Below are positions 26,032 to 39,960 of a stretch of 64,000 nt of DNA, piece after piece. The DNA lies in the NCBI GenBank assembly GCA_964016885.1, contig OZ024741.1, positions 78,926,001 through 78,990,000 on the forward strand, in the 5' to 3' direction. Each line of letters begins with the position of its first letter. The first letter of the stretch is position 1. The notes beneath the pieces are model-generated. The model made no database searches. It was not told where the DNA came from and worked only from the letters and a program-made list of their open reading frames with translations. Source of the DNA: Eledone cirrhosa (taxonomy: Eukaryota). The translations under genes and the position numbers were made by a program.

Positions 26032-29000
26032 TTTCTTTATTGGCCACAAGGGCTGACATCAAGAAAAACATTACAGACGGCACAGGACTGTACAGGACGG
26101 TACGATGTGGGGTTTGTGCGTGTAAATATGTTTATTATTTATATAAGAAAAGAAAAAAAGACATAGAAACATATATATATAAACAATAAAAATGAAAATT
26201 GAAACAATGAAAAATTCCCCAATAGGGGGGAAATCTCCGAGGGTTACTCGTGGCGAAAACCACACAAAAGACCACGACCACCCTGACCACCAGGGCAAGC
26301 GCCCTCTCTCAATTTTTCCATCTCTCAAACTACAGACGTATATTCAGAGCGGTTCCGTTCACTCGGACCATTCTCGCTACATTCACCCACCTTTCAACAA
26401 ACTTGCTAGAAGGCAGCACTTGCCTCTCCACCCTGATTTTCCTCTTCAAGTGAAACTTGAAAAAGTTAATTAGGGATTCGCCGAAGAGGAAAGTGTCTGT
26501 CTTTAACCCTTTCAACCTTGTCCACCACACAATCTCTTTCGCCATGGCCACCAGGCAGATGAAAACCGCCTGATCAGTCCTCCACGCGACAGCAACTGTT
26601 CGACATAGCTCCACAAGTCAGCAATGCTCGGGCACTGAACGAGTGAGTGCACGACGGTTTCGTCGCTCTGAGCGCATCTCGGACAGGCTCGGCTGACGGC
26701 ATTTCCGTGCCTGTAGAGCTTATCTCGAACGGCAGCGCTCCCCGGTTGCACTGCCAGGCCAGGGATTTTTGGAAGTTATCCATAGGCCCTGGAAGAGAGC
26801 AAACAGCTGGTCTTCTTCGATGTCCAGGATCTCTCCGAGAACGTCGTCGCTCATCCACTCCACTAGTCCTCTAGAGAATGCCGAGGTGGATGTTCCACCG
26901 ATACTGGTGCCCAGCTGGCAGAGGGCAGTGAGCACCTGGAGACATTCCAGTTTCCAAGCGCTATCCCTCGGTCTTTTTCTGACCCAGGACTGGAGCTCCG
27001 TCAAGGAGACGAGCTGTGGGAAAACGTGCCTGGCGAACGGCAACCACACCTGTTCACCGTCAAGGAAGCTCCAGAGATGTCGCAGCCTCAGCGCATGTTT
27101 GCGCATCATCAGCCATGGCATGCCCAGTCCTCTACGCAGTGGGTGTTGGCAGCAAATGGATCGTCTGACCATGGGAGCGCGTCCCTTCCACAAAAAGCGG
27201 AAGAGGAGGTGCTCCATTTTGGTGAGAGTTGTGCCGGGGCAAGGGACGACGGTGAGGCGGTAGCAGATGACGGATGCGCTGTACACATTCGCCACCTCCG
27301 CCCAGCCTTTCAGGGACAGCTTCCTCTCCGACCATTTCAGGGTGAGGGAGGCCACCTTGCTCGTCACCTCGTCCCAGTTTTTCTCCATCTGGAGGTCCGG
27401 TCCGAACCAGACCCCGAGCAATTTAACCGGTCCGTCCGTCCAACGCCCCACGACGCTGTCGGACGGCATGGACCTGCCTCCCCAGGTACCGAGCTGCAAG
27501 CCCACCGACTTTTCCAGGTTTATCTTTGCTCCTGTCACCGCTTCGTATTCCTTGAGAGCGGTGCCGAGCATCTGGACGTGTCTGGTGCTCGACACCACTA
27601 CGGTGACGTCTTCGGCGTAAGCCGACTCGGATTTCCCGCATCCTAGTTCGCGTGGGACGCCCCTCATCGCCCCCAGTTTGTGCAGTAACGGCTCGAGAGT
27701 CAATACGTACAAGAGGGTCGAGAGTGGACAAACCTGGCGGACTGAGCGCATGATGCTGAACGGCTGCGACAGGTGAACGTTCACCCTCACAACTGAGCAG
27801 ATGTCGCTGTACATCGCAGCGATCCAACCCCTGAAAACAGCCCGAAACCGGTTGCTTCGAGGACCGCCGCCAGGTACCGATTGTCGACCCTATCGAATAC
27901 TTTGGATTGATCCGAGTTGATCAGGGCCCCACCCGTGCCAGGTTCCTTAACCACCCTCTCTATGATGTATCGCATGACGTGGAGGTTGTCGTGTATGGAT
28001 CTGTCTGGAATGGCGCATTTTACGCCTCTCCCACCAGACCCTTGACGACAAGTGCCAACCTCGTTCGTCTTTTCTCAGCAGCGCCACCGCTCTCCGGCTC
28101 ACAAAACTGACTATGCTACCGTTCTGCTGCCAGTTGCAGTAGACGTCTGCTAAGAGGTCACCGAACAAGTCTGGCATAAATGCATAAAGCTCGTAGGGCA
28201 GACCATCCAAACCTGGCGATTTACCCCTCGTGCAGTTTGCCATCGCTTCCCGTATTTCACCGGCTGTTATTGGCTTTTCGCAACACTGTGCTGCCGTCGT
28301 CGAGAGCCGCCGAAGCAGTCCGTCGGGGTATGCACTGAAGTCCAAGCCCCGATCCGGTCCGCCGCTGCTCCCGAACAGTTCAGCAAAGTGCTGCTGAAAA
28401 GCTTCACACATCTGTGCGGGTTCGAGCAGCACGCACTCGTTTTGGTCAGACAAAAACCGAATTGTGGCTTTGTTGCCACATCGCGCCCCTGCCATCCGGG
28501 CCCATTGGACGGCTATTGTCCCCACGTGTTTCAGAGCTCTGACAACGCAGCCTTCGTGTTTTGCGTTGAAGAATTGGTCGAGTGCCAATCTCGCCGCAAG
28601 CACGTCGGTTGCGATGCCTGTCCTAAACGCCTCTTCTAGCTTTCTGACTCTCTCCCCCTCTACTCTATTTTCCTCTATCACTACTCCTTTGCTAAACCTA
28701 ATCGACTCTACTTTAATTGCCCTTCTCAGGGCGAACCACCACCTGTTGTTGACGACCGCTCCCGTCAACGCCCGCTTAACTAATACGCTAATCCGGTCTC
28801 TGTAGGCTTTGCGCGCCGGGAAAGACGTGTTCAGCTTCCAGTAACAGGGCCCTTGTCTATGAAGTCTGTCTATGTCGATCTCACAGATCACAAATTTGTG
28901 GTCTGTGTAGTCGACTATTTTAAATTGTGGACAACTTATACTAGCCTTATCTAGTTCTCTGCAGAATACCCTATCGAGATACGATCTGGATGACCCGATG

Positions 29001-30399
29001 CGGTTTGTCCCAGTCCACATTGGCACATTCTGGTGATCCAGTCGATACCTGTCAGACAGTTCAATACATCTGAGCAGGTTGGTGAGGCTCTTGCACCCTC
29101 CTCCCCTATGCACTAGCCCCACACAATCCCAACGTGCATCCAAGATACCGTTCCAGTCGCCCACTAACACTAAAGAGCGGGACGTTCCAAGAAAGGTCTC
29201 TAGACGTCTGAAGAAATCTGTCCGTTCTGCCCCTGTTGGGGCGTAGACGGCTACTAGCCTGAAAGCATTGCCTTCTCTGCCAGTTACGTCCAGCACCACC
29301 GACTTACCTTCTGGGTCTAGGAAGATGGCCTGTATGGCGAGATCCAAGCCTCTCCGAAAAAGGACGGCAACCCCTCCCCCCCCCGATCCTAGACGGCTGA
29401 GAGATGAGTATACATCGTTGCCGCCGAAGATCGGTGCGAAGGCTTGTCCTTCGGAGATTCTGGTCTCGCTGATGGCCACTACATCTATGTTTAGTGACCT
29501 GAGGTCGTTGAGCAGAGGTGACCCTTCTTCCAAGATGACCCCAGATCACGTGCATTTATACTGCCTATTCTGAGTACGGCCATGTTGGATGAGAAACGGG
29601 GCAAGTGAGAAAGGGTCACTTACCTTGATTGTGTAGTGAAGGGACAGTAGAACCGTCCCTTTGGCTGGTCATGGGTGTTTCCAAGAGGATGTCAGTGTAT
29701 ATCCTCTTGGTAACCGACCCTCTAAAGTCTCCCACTGCGTTGGGGAATTTTTGTTTTAAAGGTTTGTACTGTTCTATTGAGATTTCAATGATGCTTATGT
29801 TTGTCGGGAGAGTTCTTGGTGTTGGTGGGGTGTAGTAGTTTTTTTCTGTGATGTCTGTGTGCTGCTTTATATATTGTATGAGTTCTTTTTTTGCCATGTT
29901 TATGGCTGTGTACTTTTTGGGGGGAGGGGTGATTTTGTTGCTGTTTACTTCTTGTTGCTGTTTGGTGTGTGTGTTTTGTTTTGTTTGCGTTGTTGGTGTT
30001 TTTGGTGATGCTGGTGGTGGTGTGGTTGTTTTTGGCGGTGGTGCTTGTGGTGGTGATGGTGATGGTGGTCGTGTTGCTGCAAGTTTCCCTGCTGCCTTTA
30101 CCCCTCTTTGTGTGCCTTCGCTTTTGGAGGGTGAATCTAAGGGTTTTTTTCTTCTTTGTTTTTTGTGGCAGACCGTTTGCCACTTCACTCCTGCCTCAAA
30201 CTCCATGTCGGATTCCGTGGTGTCTGGGAGGGGTATTTGCTCCACGGCTGGTGGTGGTGGTACTGGAGCCCTCTTCGGCAATTTTGTTGCTGGTGTAGCT
30301 ACTTCAAATGTAGCTATTGGTGTAGCCGCCACTGATGATGCTGCTTTAGTTGTCCGTGGCCTTGGTACGGGTGCCACGGACGTTGCCTCCTACTCACTG
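26032..30399 (-). mobile_element. L1/Tx1-clade LINE, 5'-truncated within ORF1; ORF2 disrupted
   Basis: ORF 27947-29533 has APE motifs (ISET, AVYAP, GDWN, YLDR, TDH, YWKLN, KSPGLDG); 26720-27814 RT (YAED); C-terminal CPRC..ET..H..C; 3' AATAAAGAAA. Confidence 0.93.
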
Positions 30400-30663
30400 T
30401 AATAATAATAATAATAATGTTTTCTTTATTAACCACAAGGGTTTACATAAAGTAGACATTAAGGACAGTACAGGACAATACAGGACGGTACAAATGGGCA
30501 TTTCTGCGTGTGAAAAAAAACAGAAGATGTAATAAAATAACAAAGAAAGATTCCCCAATAGGAGGGAGACTTCTGAGGGACATTTGTGGAGAAAGCCCAT
30601 TAAAAGACCACAGTGACCCTGACCACCAGGGCAAGTGCCCTCTCCCAGTTTTCCACCTTTAAT

Positions 30664-33600
30664 TTACAGACACATACTCAGAGTAGGCCCATTCACTCGG
30701 GCCATACTTGCCTCTCTCACCCATCTTTCAACAAAATGCTGGGAAGAGAGCACTTCTCTCTCTACCCTGATTTTCCTTTTCAAATGAAATTTGAAAAAGG
30801 TAATCAGGGCATCACCGAAGAGGTAAGTGCTCGTCGTCAACCCTTTCAAACGTGTCCACTATACTATCGCTTTCGCCATGGCTACCAGACAGATAAAAAC
30901 TACCTGCCCTTCCTGGCTAAAGGAAGAGAGCGGGGCAATCCTCACGATGGACTCAGCTGATAGCTGGATCCGTCCTACACGTGACCGCAGGTGTTCGAAC
31001 TAAACCCACAAGTCAGCAATGCTCGGACACTGGACGAGTGCGTGCAGGATGGTTTCGTCGCCCTGCGCGCATCTCGGACATGCCCGGCTGACGGCACCTC
31101 CATGCCTGTAGAGTTTATCCCGAATTGCCAAAGCTCCTCGGTAGCACTGCCAGGCTAGGGATTTCTGGAAGTTGTCCATAGGCCCCGGCCTGAAAGTTCT
31201 TCCGAAGAGATTGGCTAGTTGATTTTCGTCGACGCCTAGAGTTTCCCCATGTACGTCGTCGCTCTTACCCTCCATTATTCCTCTATATACCGCCAAGGTA
31301 GAGTTTCTACCGATCACATTGCCCGATTGGTCGAGGGCTGTGAGCGCCTGAAGACATTCCAGTCTCCAAGCGCTCCCTCTCGGTCTTCGCTTGACCCAAG
31401 ACTGCAGCTCCGTCAAGGAGACGAGCTGGGGAAAGACGCGTCGAGCAAACGGCGACCACACCTGAGCACCGTCGAGGAAGAGGTGAAGATGTCGTAGCCT
31501 GAGCACGTGTCTGCGCATCATCAGCCACGGCATGCCCAGCCCTCCACGTAGCGGGTGTTGACAGCAGATGGACCGCCTGACCATCGGAGCGCGTCCTTTC
31601 CACAAAAAGCGAAAGAGCAAACGATCCAGCGCAGTCAGGCGGGGCTTAGGACAAGGTACGACGGTCAGGCGGTAGTAGATGACGGACACGATGTACGCTT
31701 AGCCACCCTGCTCGTCACCTCGTCCCATTTTTTGTCCGTCTGGAGGTCCGGACCGAACTAGACCCCTAGCAATTTAACCGGTCCGTCCGTCCAGCGCCCG
31801 ACGACGTTGTTGGACGGCATGGACCTGTCTCAACAGGTGCCGAGCTGCAGGCCCACTGACTTTTCCTGGTTGATCATTGCTCCTGTCACCGCTTCGTATT
31901 CTCTTAGTGTAGTGCCGATCGCCTCGATGTGTTTGGCGTTCGACACCACTACGGTGACATCGTTGGCATATACTGACACGGATCTTCCGCATCCTAGTTC
32001 GCGCGGGACCCCCCTCAACGTCTCCAGTTTGTGCAGTAATGGCTCGAGAGTCAATACGTATAATAGGGACGAGAGGGGACATACTTGGCGGACCGAGCGC
32101 ATGATGTTGAACGGTTCCGAAAGGTGACCGTCCACTCTCACTACAGAGCAGATCTCGCTGTGCATGGCAGCGATCCAGCCTCTGAAGACGGGCCCAAAGC
32201 CAGCCGCCCTCAGGACTGCCGCTAGATAACGATGGTCGACCCTATCGAAGGTTTTCGACTGATCTAAATTGATCAAAGACCCACCCGTGCCAGGTTCCCT
32301 AGCTACCCTCTCTACGATGTATCGCATGAGGTGGAGGTTGTCGTGGATGGATCTGTCGGGAATGGCGCATGTCTGTGCCTCTCCCACCAGACAACCAACG
32401 ACAAGCGCCAACCTCTTTGCTAGCACCTTGGCCAAAATATTGAACTCTGTGTTTAGCAGAGTTATGGGCCTAAAACTATCTATGTTATCCCCCTTGTTCG
32501 GATCCTTTCTCAGCAGCGCCATCGCTCCTCGGCTCACAGAGCTGGGAATTCTCCCGTTCTGTTGCCAGTTGCAGTAGACGTCCGCCAAGAGGCCTCCGAA
32601 CAAGTCTGGCATTTGTACGTAAAGTTCATAGGGCAGACCATCTAAACCAGGCGATTTACCCCTTGTGCAACTAGTCATTGCATCCCGTACTTCAGCGGTT
32701 GTTATCGGCTTTTCGCAACACTCCGCCTCAGTGGCCGAAAGCCGCGGCAGTCCGTCGAGGTAGACACTAAAGTCCATCCCTCGATCCGGCCCGCCACTGC
32801 CCCCGAACAGTTGAGCGAAGTGTTGCTGAAAAGCTTCACACATTTGCCCGGGATCGAGTAGCATGCGCCCGTCGTGGTCCACCAAAGACCGGATCGTGGC
32901 TTTGTTGCCACGACGCGCCTCCGCCACTCGGGCCCATTGAACGGCTTTCGTCCCCTCGTGTCTGAGAGCACGCACCCTAGCTCTGACAACGTAGCCTTCG
33001 TGCTTTGCATTGAAGAATTGGTCAAGGGCCAATTTCGCCGCAAGTACGTCGGTCGCGATGCCTTTGCTAAGCGCCTCATCTAATTTTCTAACTAATTCTC
33101 CCTCTGCTCTATTTTTCTCTATTGCTAAAGTCTTACTAAACCTAATGGACTCTATTCTAATTGCTCTTTTCAGAGCAAACCACCACTTGTTGTTGACTAT
33201 GGCTCCCGTCAACGCCCGCTTAACTAGTTTGCTAATCCGGTCTCTGTAGGCCTTGCGCGCTGGTAAGGACGCGTTTAGCTTCCAGTAGCCGGGTCCTCGT
33301 CTATGAAGCCTATCTAAGTCAAGCACACAGATCACGAATTTGTGGTCCGTGTAGCTGACTATCTTGAATTGTGGACAGCCTATGCTAGACCTATCTATTT
33401 CCCTACAAAATACTCTATCTAGATATGATCTGGATGACCCTATGCGATTTGTCCAAGTCCACATTGGTACATTCGGGAAATCCATTCGGTACCTGTCAGA
33501 CAGTTCAAAACGTCTGAGCAGGTTGGTGAGACTCTTGCACCCTCCTTCCCTATCCACTAATCCCACACAATCCCAGCGTGCATCTAAGATCCCGTTCCAG

Positions 33601-34022
33601 TCGCCCACTAACACTAAAGAGCGGGACGTTCCAAGAAAGGTCTCCAGACGCCGGAAGAAATCAGGCCGCCCTGCTCCTGTCGGGGCATAGACGGCCACTA
33701 ACCTGAAAGCTTGCCCGTCTCCGCTGGTCACGTCCAGCACCACCAACTTACCTTCTGGGTCCAGGAAGATGGCCCGTATGGCGAGATCCAAACCTCTCCG
33801 AAAAAGCACAGCAACTCCTCCCCCCGATCCCGGACGGCTGGGAGATGCGTACACATTGTAGCCGCCGAAGATCGGTGCGAAAGCCTGTGCTTCGGAGATT
33901 CTGGTCTCGCTGATGGCCACTACATCTATGTTTAGTGACCTGAGGTCGTTGAGCAGGTGGCCCTGCTTCCATGACGACCCCAAGCCACGCGCATTTATGC
34001 TGCCTATTCTGATTTAGGTCAT
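30664..34022 (-). pseudogene. Tx1 ORF2 (APE endonuclease-reverse transcriptase-zinc finger), disrupted
   Basis: 717-aa ORF 31830-33983 with FRPITLLNTE, LDQSKTFDRVDH, RQVCPLS, YAND; continued in 31000-31689 and 30664-30849. Confidence 0.92.
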
Positions 34023-34056
34023 GTTGAAAAGGAGTGGAAAAGATGGGAAAGACCAC

Positions 34057-36051
34057 TTACCTTACTTCTCGTAAGGAAAGGACGGTTTTTCCATCCTTTT
34101 CACTGCTTGTGGCCTCGTCAGGAAGGATGTCCTTATAAATCCCCCTGGAGAGTGCTTGTCGGAAGTCTCCGATGTCTTTGGGGAATTTTTGTTTTAGTGT
34201 CGTGTACGTTTTCTGTGTGATGCGAGTGATTTGTATGTGTGTAGGTAGTGTGAACTTTTGGGTTGTTGTGTAGTCTATTTCTGTGATGCTGGTGTTGTGT
34301 TGGATGTAGTGTAATAATTGCTTGTTGTTCAAATTTAATGCTGTGTAGTGTGTATCATTTTGGTTGTTTTGTTTTGTTTGCGTTTGTTGTGGGTTTGTTT
34401 CTGTTTCGCATTTTGGTGACTTTTGTGGTGTAGGTGATGGTGGTGTTGGGGTTAATGATGGTGATGGTGTTCGTGTTTGGGTTGATGGGGTTGGTGATGC
34501 TGGTGTGGATGGTGGCATATCTGTCCTAACTTTTTTGTTTCTTAGTTTATTTGTTTCCCTCTGTATTTTGTTTTTGGAGGGGGAAGGAAGAGAATTTTTT
34601 CTTTTTTGGTTTCTTTTTTTTTTCCGCATATCGTTTCCCACTCCTCGTCGTCACAATCTGTCTCCAGTTGTGATAGGCCGGGGAGTGGAAAGTCCTCCAC
34701 AGGCGTTAGTTTTGGTTGTGGCGTGGTGGATGGTGTAGGCGCTGGTGCTAGTTCTAAAGCGTTGGGTGGTGGTGGTGTTGGCTTTGCTGGTGGTGGTGGT
34801 GGTGTTGGTTTTGCTACTGTTGCTGGGGTTGTTGCTGTTATAGTTGCTTCTGTTGTTGCTGCTACAGTTGTTGCTGCCATCTCTGCTACTGGTGGTGTTG
34901 ATGGTTGTGTCACTGGGGTGGGTAGGAGAGGTGGCCTCAACCTTTTAGCCTGAGGGCAGAAAGCTCTTAGGTGGGTTCCTTCACCACAAACGACACACCT
35001 AGGTCTTCTACCCTCGACAATTACCGTGAGGTGGCTGCCGTCAGTGAGGTCTATTACCTCTGGGATCTCCTCAATGCTTTTTTGGTCCGCTTGGATCAGG
35101 AGCTCCATCCCAGATCCGGACCAGTTCTCCTGCTTTTCTTTTGCTATTGCTATTATTTTTGTGTTGGCTTCGATGCCGGCGAGGACGGCCGCTATTAGCC
35201 ATGGAATTTCGATGGCCGGTGGAACGTGGGTCACCCTGATCTTTACGAGTCTCTGGCCACAATAGCTTGGGACGAGTGTGAAGTCGTCACTTCTTAATGG
35301 GGCCGTGGAGTGTTCTCTAGCCTCCTCTGGTGTTTCAAAAAACACGTCCACGGTTCAATACTTTTGCCCACGTCTGATGTGGGTATTTCTTGCCCACACA
35401 TGTCCCAAAGCTTTTTGGATTTGGGACTCGGATGCCCGTTCCACTCGGCGCGATTTTACATTTATTGTTCGATACGACACGGTGCATAGGCGCCGATGCT
35501 CCATTTTATTAGGTGGGGGGGGGGGGGCTGACCCTGTACCCATCTTTCTTTACCATTTGTTTAGCATTTTCTAAATCCTCCTGAGTTACCGTAAATGCTT
35601 CGAACTGTTTTGCTACTCTGGCGAAACTGAGGGTGGTTTTTATAATGTCATTGTTGTTGTTGTTGCTATCGTTATTTGTGTTAATATTAATTTTAGTTTC
35701 AGTTGTGGTGGTGGTGACGTCAGTCGTCTTTGGTGGGGAAGAGTCCATTTTGCTTGATTTCATTTCGACATCACGAGTTAATTTATTTTTTTCTTCTTTT
35801 GTTTCTGTTGTCGCGGTGGTGGTGGGAGTGGTGGTTGTCGCGGTGGTGGTGGTGGTGGAGGCTTTAACACCTGCAGTCATTGGTAATGGCGGGAAATGAA
35901 TGTCTGCCTGAGACAAATTTAAAATATTGTTACTGCTTATATTTTTTGTAGTGTTGGCAAACGTAGTAACATTTACAATGGTGGTGTCGGTGTGAGGTGT
36001 TAATTTGTGAGGAAGCCTTTCAGCTGCTTGGTGCAGAGGTGAATTAGCCAT
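34057..36051 (-). pseudogene. Tx1 ORF1 (gag-like, zinc knuckle), frameshifted partly at homopolymer runs
   Basis: SFARVA motif, RPRCVVCGEGTHLRAFCP, Pro/Thr-rich linker; C-terminus homologous to ORF 29616-30377. Confidence 0.8.
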
Positions 36052-36261
36052 TTTTTTTTCAAAGAAATTTTTTGATAATAATAAAAGTTAAAATTTTGGG
36101 CACAAGGCCCCAATCTTTTTGGGTGTCCTTTTCGGAAAACAATGTATGTGCGCTTATATATGGTTAACAATAAAAATTTTCCATAAATGGCAATTTTTAA
36201 CAAACGGAAATAACAAACCTTTGCGGAGCTCACGATGATACGATTTACTACGTAGGTCGCC

Positions 36262-36320
<59 letters not shown>

Positions 36321-36323
<3 letters not shown>

Positions 36324-37560
36324 AAAGATCTGAATACATTCGGAGAGTAAGGAGCGTGTTAAAGTCACATCTGAACAGTAGGAATGCCATAAGTGCAGTA
36401 AATTCCCGAGCTGTGTCTATTATTAGGTACAGTGCGGGAATTCTGAGATGGAATGTTGCTGAACAAAAAGAAATGGATGGGAAGACTAGGAAGCTATTGA
36501 CTATCTACAACATATTCCACAAGAGAAGTGATGTCGATAGACTCTACTTAAGGAGACCTGAAGGTGGAAGATGTCTTATCAGCATAGAGGACTGTGTTCA
36601 GATGGAGAAAAACAACCTACACAAATACGCGACTGATAGTAAGGAGCCAATGCTCAGAATTGTACTGAAGGAGAGGACAATAGACCAGGGGATGTCCAAG
36701 GAGGAAATAACAACAATGAGAAAGAGCAGCCTTCATGAAAAATCCCTTCATATTACCTTCTTTGAGAAAACTTAATTCAGAGATCCACAGACATGGAACT
36801 GGTTGAAAAGAGGAGACCTTAAAAAGGCTACAGAAGGAATACTAATGGCTGCGCAAGAGCAGGCCCTCAAAACGAAGTGGCTGAAACACTATATTTACAA
36901 AGAGGAGGCTAGCCCACTGTGCATGATCTGTGGAGAGAGAGAGAGGAGACTGTGGCTCACATTGTATCCGAGTATAAACACCTAGCCCAGACTCACTATA
37001 AAGGCTGGAGACATGATGTGATGGGCAGGGTGATCCACTGGCACCTATGCAAAGTAAACAATTTACCACATTCTGAGAAGTGGTATGAGCATAAGCCAGA
37101 GTCGGTGATAGAAAACGATCAGGTGAAGGTGCTGTGGGATTTTAGGATGCAGACGGACAAGAAACTGAAACACAATAGACCTCATCTGGTGGTTTTAGAC
37201 AAGGAAAAAAGATCGTGCCTGATTGTGGATGTGGCCTGCCCATTCGACACGAGAGTGCAAGAGAAGGAGAGGGAGAAAATTAACCGATACCAGGACTTAA
37301 AGTGGGAGGTAAAAAGGATTTGGAACTGCCATGAAGTCAAAGTGGTCCCGATTGTCATAGGCGCACTAGGTACTATCTCAAAAAGTTTCCAGGGATGGTT
37401 AACGAAAATTGGCCCCGCCCCGCTTTTTGGAACACTTCAAAAGGCATGCTTGCTGGGAACAGCAAGAACTCTCCGATACGTCCTGAATATCTGAGGCTGC
37501 AGGTAGTCGCTTGATATTCATTTCAACAAACTTTCCAGTTAATTAAGAAGAAGCCATTAA
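36321..37560 (+). mobile_element. 5'-truncated R4/Dong-clade LINE (RT thumb, zinc finger, restriction-like endonuclease)
   Basis: EYIRRVRSVLKS, RLYL...GGR, C..C...ETVAHIVS, RHD, NRP.LVV..D..CP, K..RY.DL, VVPIVIGALG, LQKACLLG; starts at (TAA)n. Confidence 0.88.
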
Positions 37561-39129
37561 TGTTTAAGATGATAGTGTGTAAATTGAGGTTTTGGCTGTC
37601 ATTTCTAGCAGGATGAGGTAGCATATAGTGACTTTCTTCCTAATACGATTATTATTAACTTTAAGATGGTAAGTCGACCAAATGAGTAGCAAGACAAATT
37701 AAATGTTCATCATTTAGTCTCGTTCCTCTAAGTGTTGGATTCAAATGACACAAGCGCCGTATTTACCTTGGTGGTCAACAAAGTAAGCACCAGTAATATA
37801 CTAGGGTCAATTCAATGAACTATAATCATTTCCTTCCTCTATTAAAATTGGCTATCTGCCGAAGTAATATATCCTTATTAACTTTCTTTCGGTTTCTTTC
37901 AGGTCAATGAATATATCTGATTAGACATATAAAACAGTTTTTCATTTATTTATTTAATCTAATACTGAAAGCCATCTATCTAATAAAGCAGTAGTTCTTT
38001 TAAGAAAGTACACGCTCTTATATCGTATAGGCTATTTTTCCATCACTCATAGAAGTCGACTGCCAACCAGCTCAGCAGTTATTAAAAATAATATCAGCCA
38101 GTCAAAATAGAACAGAGTGAGCTGGCTGCCTGGCTTGTAGTGTACGGTAAATGGTGAAATAAACTAATGGAAAATTCCATGACGTCAAGCAAGCTACTCT
38201 TTGCTTTTGTAATATCTGGACGACCAAAAAGATGGTTATGTTAGAGACCATAGCACTGTTACGATAGGCTGTAATAATCACATTCTTCTTCTGTTCAGCA
38301 ACGCCTATACTTTATTTATTTATTTAATTTGTTTTTCGCTTTGCGTGTTTATTCGAAACCTGCGTTTCAATAAAGTCACCAGCGCTGTATGTCAAGTTCT
38401 GTAAGACACAATTTCAGTTCTCATTTCAGGGCATTTCATTTATATTTGCTCGAGGTAATTTTTAACTGAACAGGCCAATGACCAAAGTCCTCCCATCCGT
38501 GACCAACCCGACTTTTCAAAGAGGAAAGGATGTGATTTGTGGGAGATCTATCTACTGTTTCAGTAACTATCATGACTACATAGTGGCACCTCCACTGGTT
38601 CGATTCCTACAACGTTTATCACCCAATAGAAGGGCAATGAACGTTACATCAGCTCCCGCCCCAATTTTTTTTATTTGATTAACAAAGAAGTTCAACCTCT
38701 ATTTCTAATTCTACTTCGCTGCAGTGGAAAAAAAGAGCAAATTTTCTATAGATGTAAAACAATTCTCTAGCAACAAGGGAAATAATGATGATAAGAGGTG
38801 GGTCTAATAAGTTAGTCGGTTGCATAACGTTTTAGTTTTATATTCATGAAGGGTGAATCTATGATCATATAAAAACATGAATTAAATTTATATATGCTTG
38901 TATAAATTTAACATCTGCTGTGCACGAGGGGCATCTGGGAACAGTGACTAATCTCTCAGAGGTTGAGCTCACAAGAACAGTTAAAGAGCTCAAATTTTAA
39001 TATATATATTCATATTAAAATTTAGCTTTAACATAGCTGTCTGCATATATGTATGTGAATCTTTAAATATACCGTATATCTTTAGATATACGAAATTCCC
39101 ATACATATATGTATACACAGGCGAAAATT

Positions 39130-39960
39130 CTATATATTCTCACCAGCTCTTTTTTGCTGAAAGAGGACATCTAGAGCCAGATTTCATCTTTCCTAGCGAC
39201 CTTGCCACATTTGAGCTTTTTAACTGCTCTTGTGAGCTCAACCTCTGAGAGATTAGTCACCGCTCCCTCATGCCCCTCGTGCACATCAGAAAAGGAGATC
39301 AGCAAGGTATTCTCTCCACGTAGTGAAGATGCACCTCTCTGAGGAGGGAGAGTCCCAGACGCGTTCCTGATAGCAGGTGTGTAAGAAGACTTCTTATTAC
39401 GAAGTCGGTGGATGGTCTGCCAGAACACTTTATTTGCTTATCTGAAGTCGGATTCCAGCTTAACCCCAAAGTCCTCGCGTACCTTAACTTTGGACGCCTT
39501 AATTGTCTCTGCTGCGATTCCTCGTGCAAAAAGATGACTTATTTCGAAACCAAGCTTTGCTCGAATGGTATCTTTGACCTCTTGATAGAAAGAAGGAGTC
39601 CTCCTGCCATCCTATGCCTCACCAAGCCCCTTTTCGCCCGCAGCATTTAACCGCTGAAGTAGAAACTGCCGATTTGAACGATCTCCACTTTGTCTCAGGA
39701 TCATCAGTTTTCCCAGGGAGTTTTCTGAATTGAGATGCAATGGTATCTGCATACCTGGTCCTGCCTTTCGTATCCACTAACGCTTCGCACTTTATTCTAT
39801 AGATCATCCTGGACCTGCCAGTTTTGTGGACTTCTTAGGCTTTAGGTAGTCTCAAGTTACAGATAACTAGATGGTGGTCAGATGACAGCTCAGACCCTTT
39901 CTTAACACGAACAAATCCAGCACAGAATCGAAGAGATCAGAGACAATAACAAAATCAATT
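39130..39960 (-). pseudogene. Decayed RTE (Rex3-like) EN/RT junction fragment
   Basis: VKKGSELSSDHHLV, FWQTIHRLR, VKKLKCGKVARKDEI; inverted partial copy at ~38912-38995. Confidence 0.7.

Larger units (their letters stand above)
30420..36261 (-). mobile_element. Near full-length L1/Tx1-clade LINE flanked by (AAT)n
   Basis: ORF1 pieces 34057-36051 with CCHC knuckle; ORF2 APE+RT; zf-RVT; 3' AATAAAGAAA; (AAT)n at 30400-30418 and 36262-36320. Confidence 0.95.

Noticed and set aside
26769-27646. Long plus-strand ORFs antisense to Tx1 ORF2
   Set aside because: Shadow ORFs of GC-rich LINE coding sequence.
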